From positions 11,521-75,520 of the forward strand of contig JAKIWS010000003.1 in NCBI GenBank assembly GCA_022749895.1: a stretch of 64,000 bases of DNA. Reading direction: 5' to 3'. The notes under the pieces are model-generated. The model was not told where the DNA came from. It did no database searches and saw only the letters and a program-made list of their open reading frames with translations. Positions 61,957 through 64,000 of the stretch are shown in pieces. Numbering within the stretch: the stretch's first letter is position 1; every line of letters begins with the position of its first letter. Source of the DNA: Thermoplasmata archaeon. GTDB lineage: Archaea; Thermoplasmatota; Thermoplasmata; Lutacidiplasmatales; UBA184. The position numbers were made by a program, and so were the translations under genes.

Positions 61957-63867
61957 ATGGCCGTCGCCACAACCCCGGCTATCAAGGACCGGTTCACCGC
62001 GATCGATACGCTCGCGGTCGTGCGCGAGCTCCGCGCGGCCGGACGGCTACGCGTCGACAAGGCGTTCGACCTGGCCGATGGCGGCCTCTCCCTCGCCTTC
62101 CGCGTGCCGGGGGCGGGTCGGAAGGAACTCGTCCTTCAGCCAGGCCGGTACGCCGCGTTAGTTCCCGAGCGCCCCGACCACAGCGAAGATCTGGGGACGA
62201 TGGCGAAGGAGCTCCGTCGCCTGTTGACCGGCGCGGTGGTCACGGACGTCGCCGACCCGGGGGGCGAGCGGGCGCTCGAGATCGTCCTGCGACGCGGCGA
62301 TGCGCCGGATCCGTTCACGCTGGTGGTGGAATTGTTCGGGAGCGGCAATCTCGTGGTCATTCGAGGCACCACGATCGTGGCCGTCCTCCACCCTCGGGCC
62401 TGGGCGCACCGCCTCCTTCGCGTCGGAGCCCCGTACCAGCGGCCGCCCCAACGGGGCAACCCGTGGACCGCGACCGTGGGCGAGCTCGCGGCCCAGCTGG
62501 GGGCGTCCCGCACCGACCGCATCAGCACGCTCGCCGCCCGCCTCGCTCTGGGCGGACCTCTGGCGGAAGAGCTCCTGGTCCGCGCCGACCTCCCGGGGGA
62601 GGTTCCGGCGCCGACCGAAGCGGACGAGACGGCGCGAAGGTTCCGGGGCGTGATGGATGAGCTCCTCGCCGAAGTGGGGGAATCCCCCCGCGGCTACCTC
62701 TATCGTCGTTCCGGCGTCGCCAACGACGTCGAACCGTTCCGGGCCCGGCGCTGGCACGGTCTTTCGGAGATCGAGGAGGTCCCCTTCCCGACCTTCTCGG
62801 AAGCCGCCCACGTTTTCTTCCGCGCCCCGACGCCGGCGCCGCCGCCGACCCCCGGGGAGAACCGAGTCGCGGAACTCAAGCGCCAGCAGACCCGTCAGGA
62901 GTTCGCCATCGGGGAATTCCGGGCCGAGGTCGAGCGCCTCGTTTCGTCGGCCGATGCGCTGTTCACCCACTTCGCCGAGGTCGAAGCCCAACGGGTGGCC
63001 GCCGAGGCGGACGTCGCCGCGAGTGGTCCCACGTTCGACCTCGAGCTCGAGGGGAAGACGATCCCCGTCTACCGACGGAAGTCGGTCGCCGAGTCGGCCC
63101 GCGAACTCTACGACGAATCCAAGCGCGTCCGGTCCAAGCTCGACGGCGCGGTGGGGGCGCTCGCGGAGACCGAGCACGCGATCGAGGCGGTGGCCCGCCT
63201 CGCGGCGCCGGCGATACGCCCCGGGAAGGCCGGGCGGCCCGTCGAAGGGCCTCGACGACGATTCTGGTTCGAGAAGTTCCGCTGGTTCGTCTCCTCCGAG
63301 GGGTTCCTCGTGCTGGGGGGCCGGGACGCCGGTTCGAACGAGCACCTGGTGCGCCGCTATCTGCATGCCCGCGACCGGTACATCCACGCCGACGTCCACG
63401 GCGCGCCGAGCGTCGTCGTGCGGGCGGGCGAGGTGGCGACGGCCACGCCCACGGAGGTCACGATGCGCGAAGCCGGCCAGTTCGGCGTCGCCTTCTCGAA
63501 GGCGTGGAAGGTCGGCCTTGCCTCGGCCACGGCCTACTGGGTCAACGCCGACCAGGTCTCGAAGGCGGCCGCGAGCGGCGAATTCGTCCCCCGGGGCGGG
63601 TTCGTGATCCACGGCACGCGGAACCCGCTGGGGGATCTACCCACGGAGCTGGGCATCGGGAAAACGGTTCACGAGGGGGTCGAACTGTGGGCCGTGGCAC
63701 CGCCCTCGGCGTTTGCCGCCCGCGGCGAGCTCCGTTTTCGGCTCACGCCGGGAGAGGAGAGAGAGCGCGGCCGCACCGAATCCGAGCTCGCCCGCGAACT
63801 CGGCGTCTCGCGGGACCTGCTCCAAGTACTGCTCCCGGCGGGGGGCCTGACCCTCCGTCGCGCGTAG
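61957..63867 (+). CDS. NFACT-family ribosome quality control protein (FbpA/Rqc2 homolog, with DUF814)
   Basis: ATG at 61957 within track ORF 61486..63867. NFACT-N segment (LELFGSGNLVV), a coiled-coil middle, and DUF814 (GGRDAGSNEHLVRRYLHARDRYIHADVHGAPSVVV). Confidence 0.85.
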   Translation: MAVATTPAIKDRFTAIDTLAVVRELRAAGRLRVDKAFDLADGGLSLAFRVPGAGRKELVLQPGRYAALVPERPDHSEDLGTMAKELRRLLTGAVVTDVADPGGERALEIVLRRGDAPDPFTLVVELFGSGNLVVIRGTTIVAVLHPRAWAHRLLRVGAPYQRPPQRGNPWTATVGELAAQLGASRTDRISTLAARLALGGPLAEELLVRADLPGEVPAPTEADETARRFRGVMDELLAEVGESPRGYLYRRSGVANDVEPFRARRWHGLSEIEEVPFPTFSEAAHVFFRAPTPAPPPTPGENRVAELKRQQTRQEFAIGEFRAEVERLVSSADALFTHFAEVEAQRVAAEADVAASGPTFDLELEGKTIPVYRRKSVAESARELYDESKRVRSKLDGAVGALAETEHAIEAVARLAAPAIRPGKAGRPVEGPRRRFWFEKFRWFVSSEGFLVLGGRDAGSNEHLVRRYLHARDRYIHADVHGAPSVVVRAGEVATATPTEVTMREAGQFGVAFSKAWKVGLASATAYWVNADQVSKAAASGEFVPRGGFVIHGTRNPLGDLPTELGIGKTVHEGVELWAVAPPSAFAARGELRFRLTPGEERERGRTESELARELGVSRDLLQVLLPAGGLTLRRA

Positions 63868-64000
63868 GCGCGGGTCACGTCGGGGGCGGGGAACTCGTCC
63901 CCCGGCCGGGAAAACGTATGGCCGCGGGCGCGCAACGCGACGATCGTCCATCGACCCCCATCGATGTCGAGCGCGGCCCCGATGGCGAGTCGGTCGTCGG

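Noticed and set aside
1-64000. CRISPR arrays, rRNA genes, transposases/integrases and large direct or inverted DNA repeats.
   Set aside because: Reading both strands, I found no regularly spaced short repeats, no rRNA-like conserved segments and no recombinase motifs. The only repeat structure is the diverged 258-nt coding repeat in the surface protein.
63669-64000. A possible partial minus-strand gene entering from the right edge. Its frame reads DDRLAIGAALDIDGGRWTIVALRARGHTFSRPGDEFPAPDV...
   Set aside because: The first ~35 residues look protein-like, but the frame then runs about 200 nt into the well-supported NFACT gene as low-complexity sequence. With only about 130 nt of unique sequence, it cannot be supported.

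Overview
This is a high-GC (roughly two-thirds G+C by eye) archaeal chromosome segment. Archaeal hallmarks are GatD/GatE, aIF-1A, Bud32, two-subunit RPA, the secE-spt5-rpl11 block, FtsZ, Hel308, an Orc1/Cdc6-like gene and MptE. A TPP riboswitch upstream of an ABC importer points to a Thermoplasmatota-like lineage. I call about 65 protein genes, one tRNA-Arg(GCG) carrying a ~30-nt insertion in its D-loop, and one TPP riboswitch. I also call a set of TATA-like boxes ~25-30 nt upstream of start codons, which suggests mostly leaderless mRNAs that often start with GTG or TTG. Core content: a beta-oxidation-like set (thiolase/DUF35, acyl-CoA synthetase, crotonase, three acyl-CoA dehydrogenases, EtfAB, FixC), cofactor genes (pdxS, larB, mptE, yjbQ, nnr), and information-processing genes. 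Accessory content: two very large N-glycosylation-sequon-rich surface proteins (one Kelch plus six exact 86-aa Ig-like repeats, one FN3/PKD with a cytoplasmic zinc ribbon) that share a 13-14-nt promoter box. A 2.3-kb island of three toxin-antitoxin pairs lies downstream of the tRNA. The most unusual observations are a 178-aa N-terminal extension fused in frame to Spt5, the D-loop insertion in the tRNA, an Orc1/Cdc6 paralog with degenerate Walker A and B motifs, and a small unknown gene translationally coupled to rpl11 where rpl1 is normally found. I recognised no rRNA, CRISPR array, integrase or transposase. Many long ORFs in the track are antisense or out-of-frame artefacts of the high GC content, and several listed ORFs are N-terminally over-extended. 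Starts were re-set from motif position, neighbouring stop codons and promoter geometry, and they remain the least certain part of the annotation.
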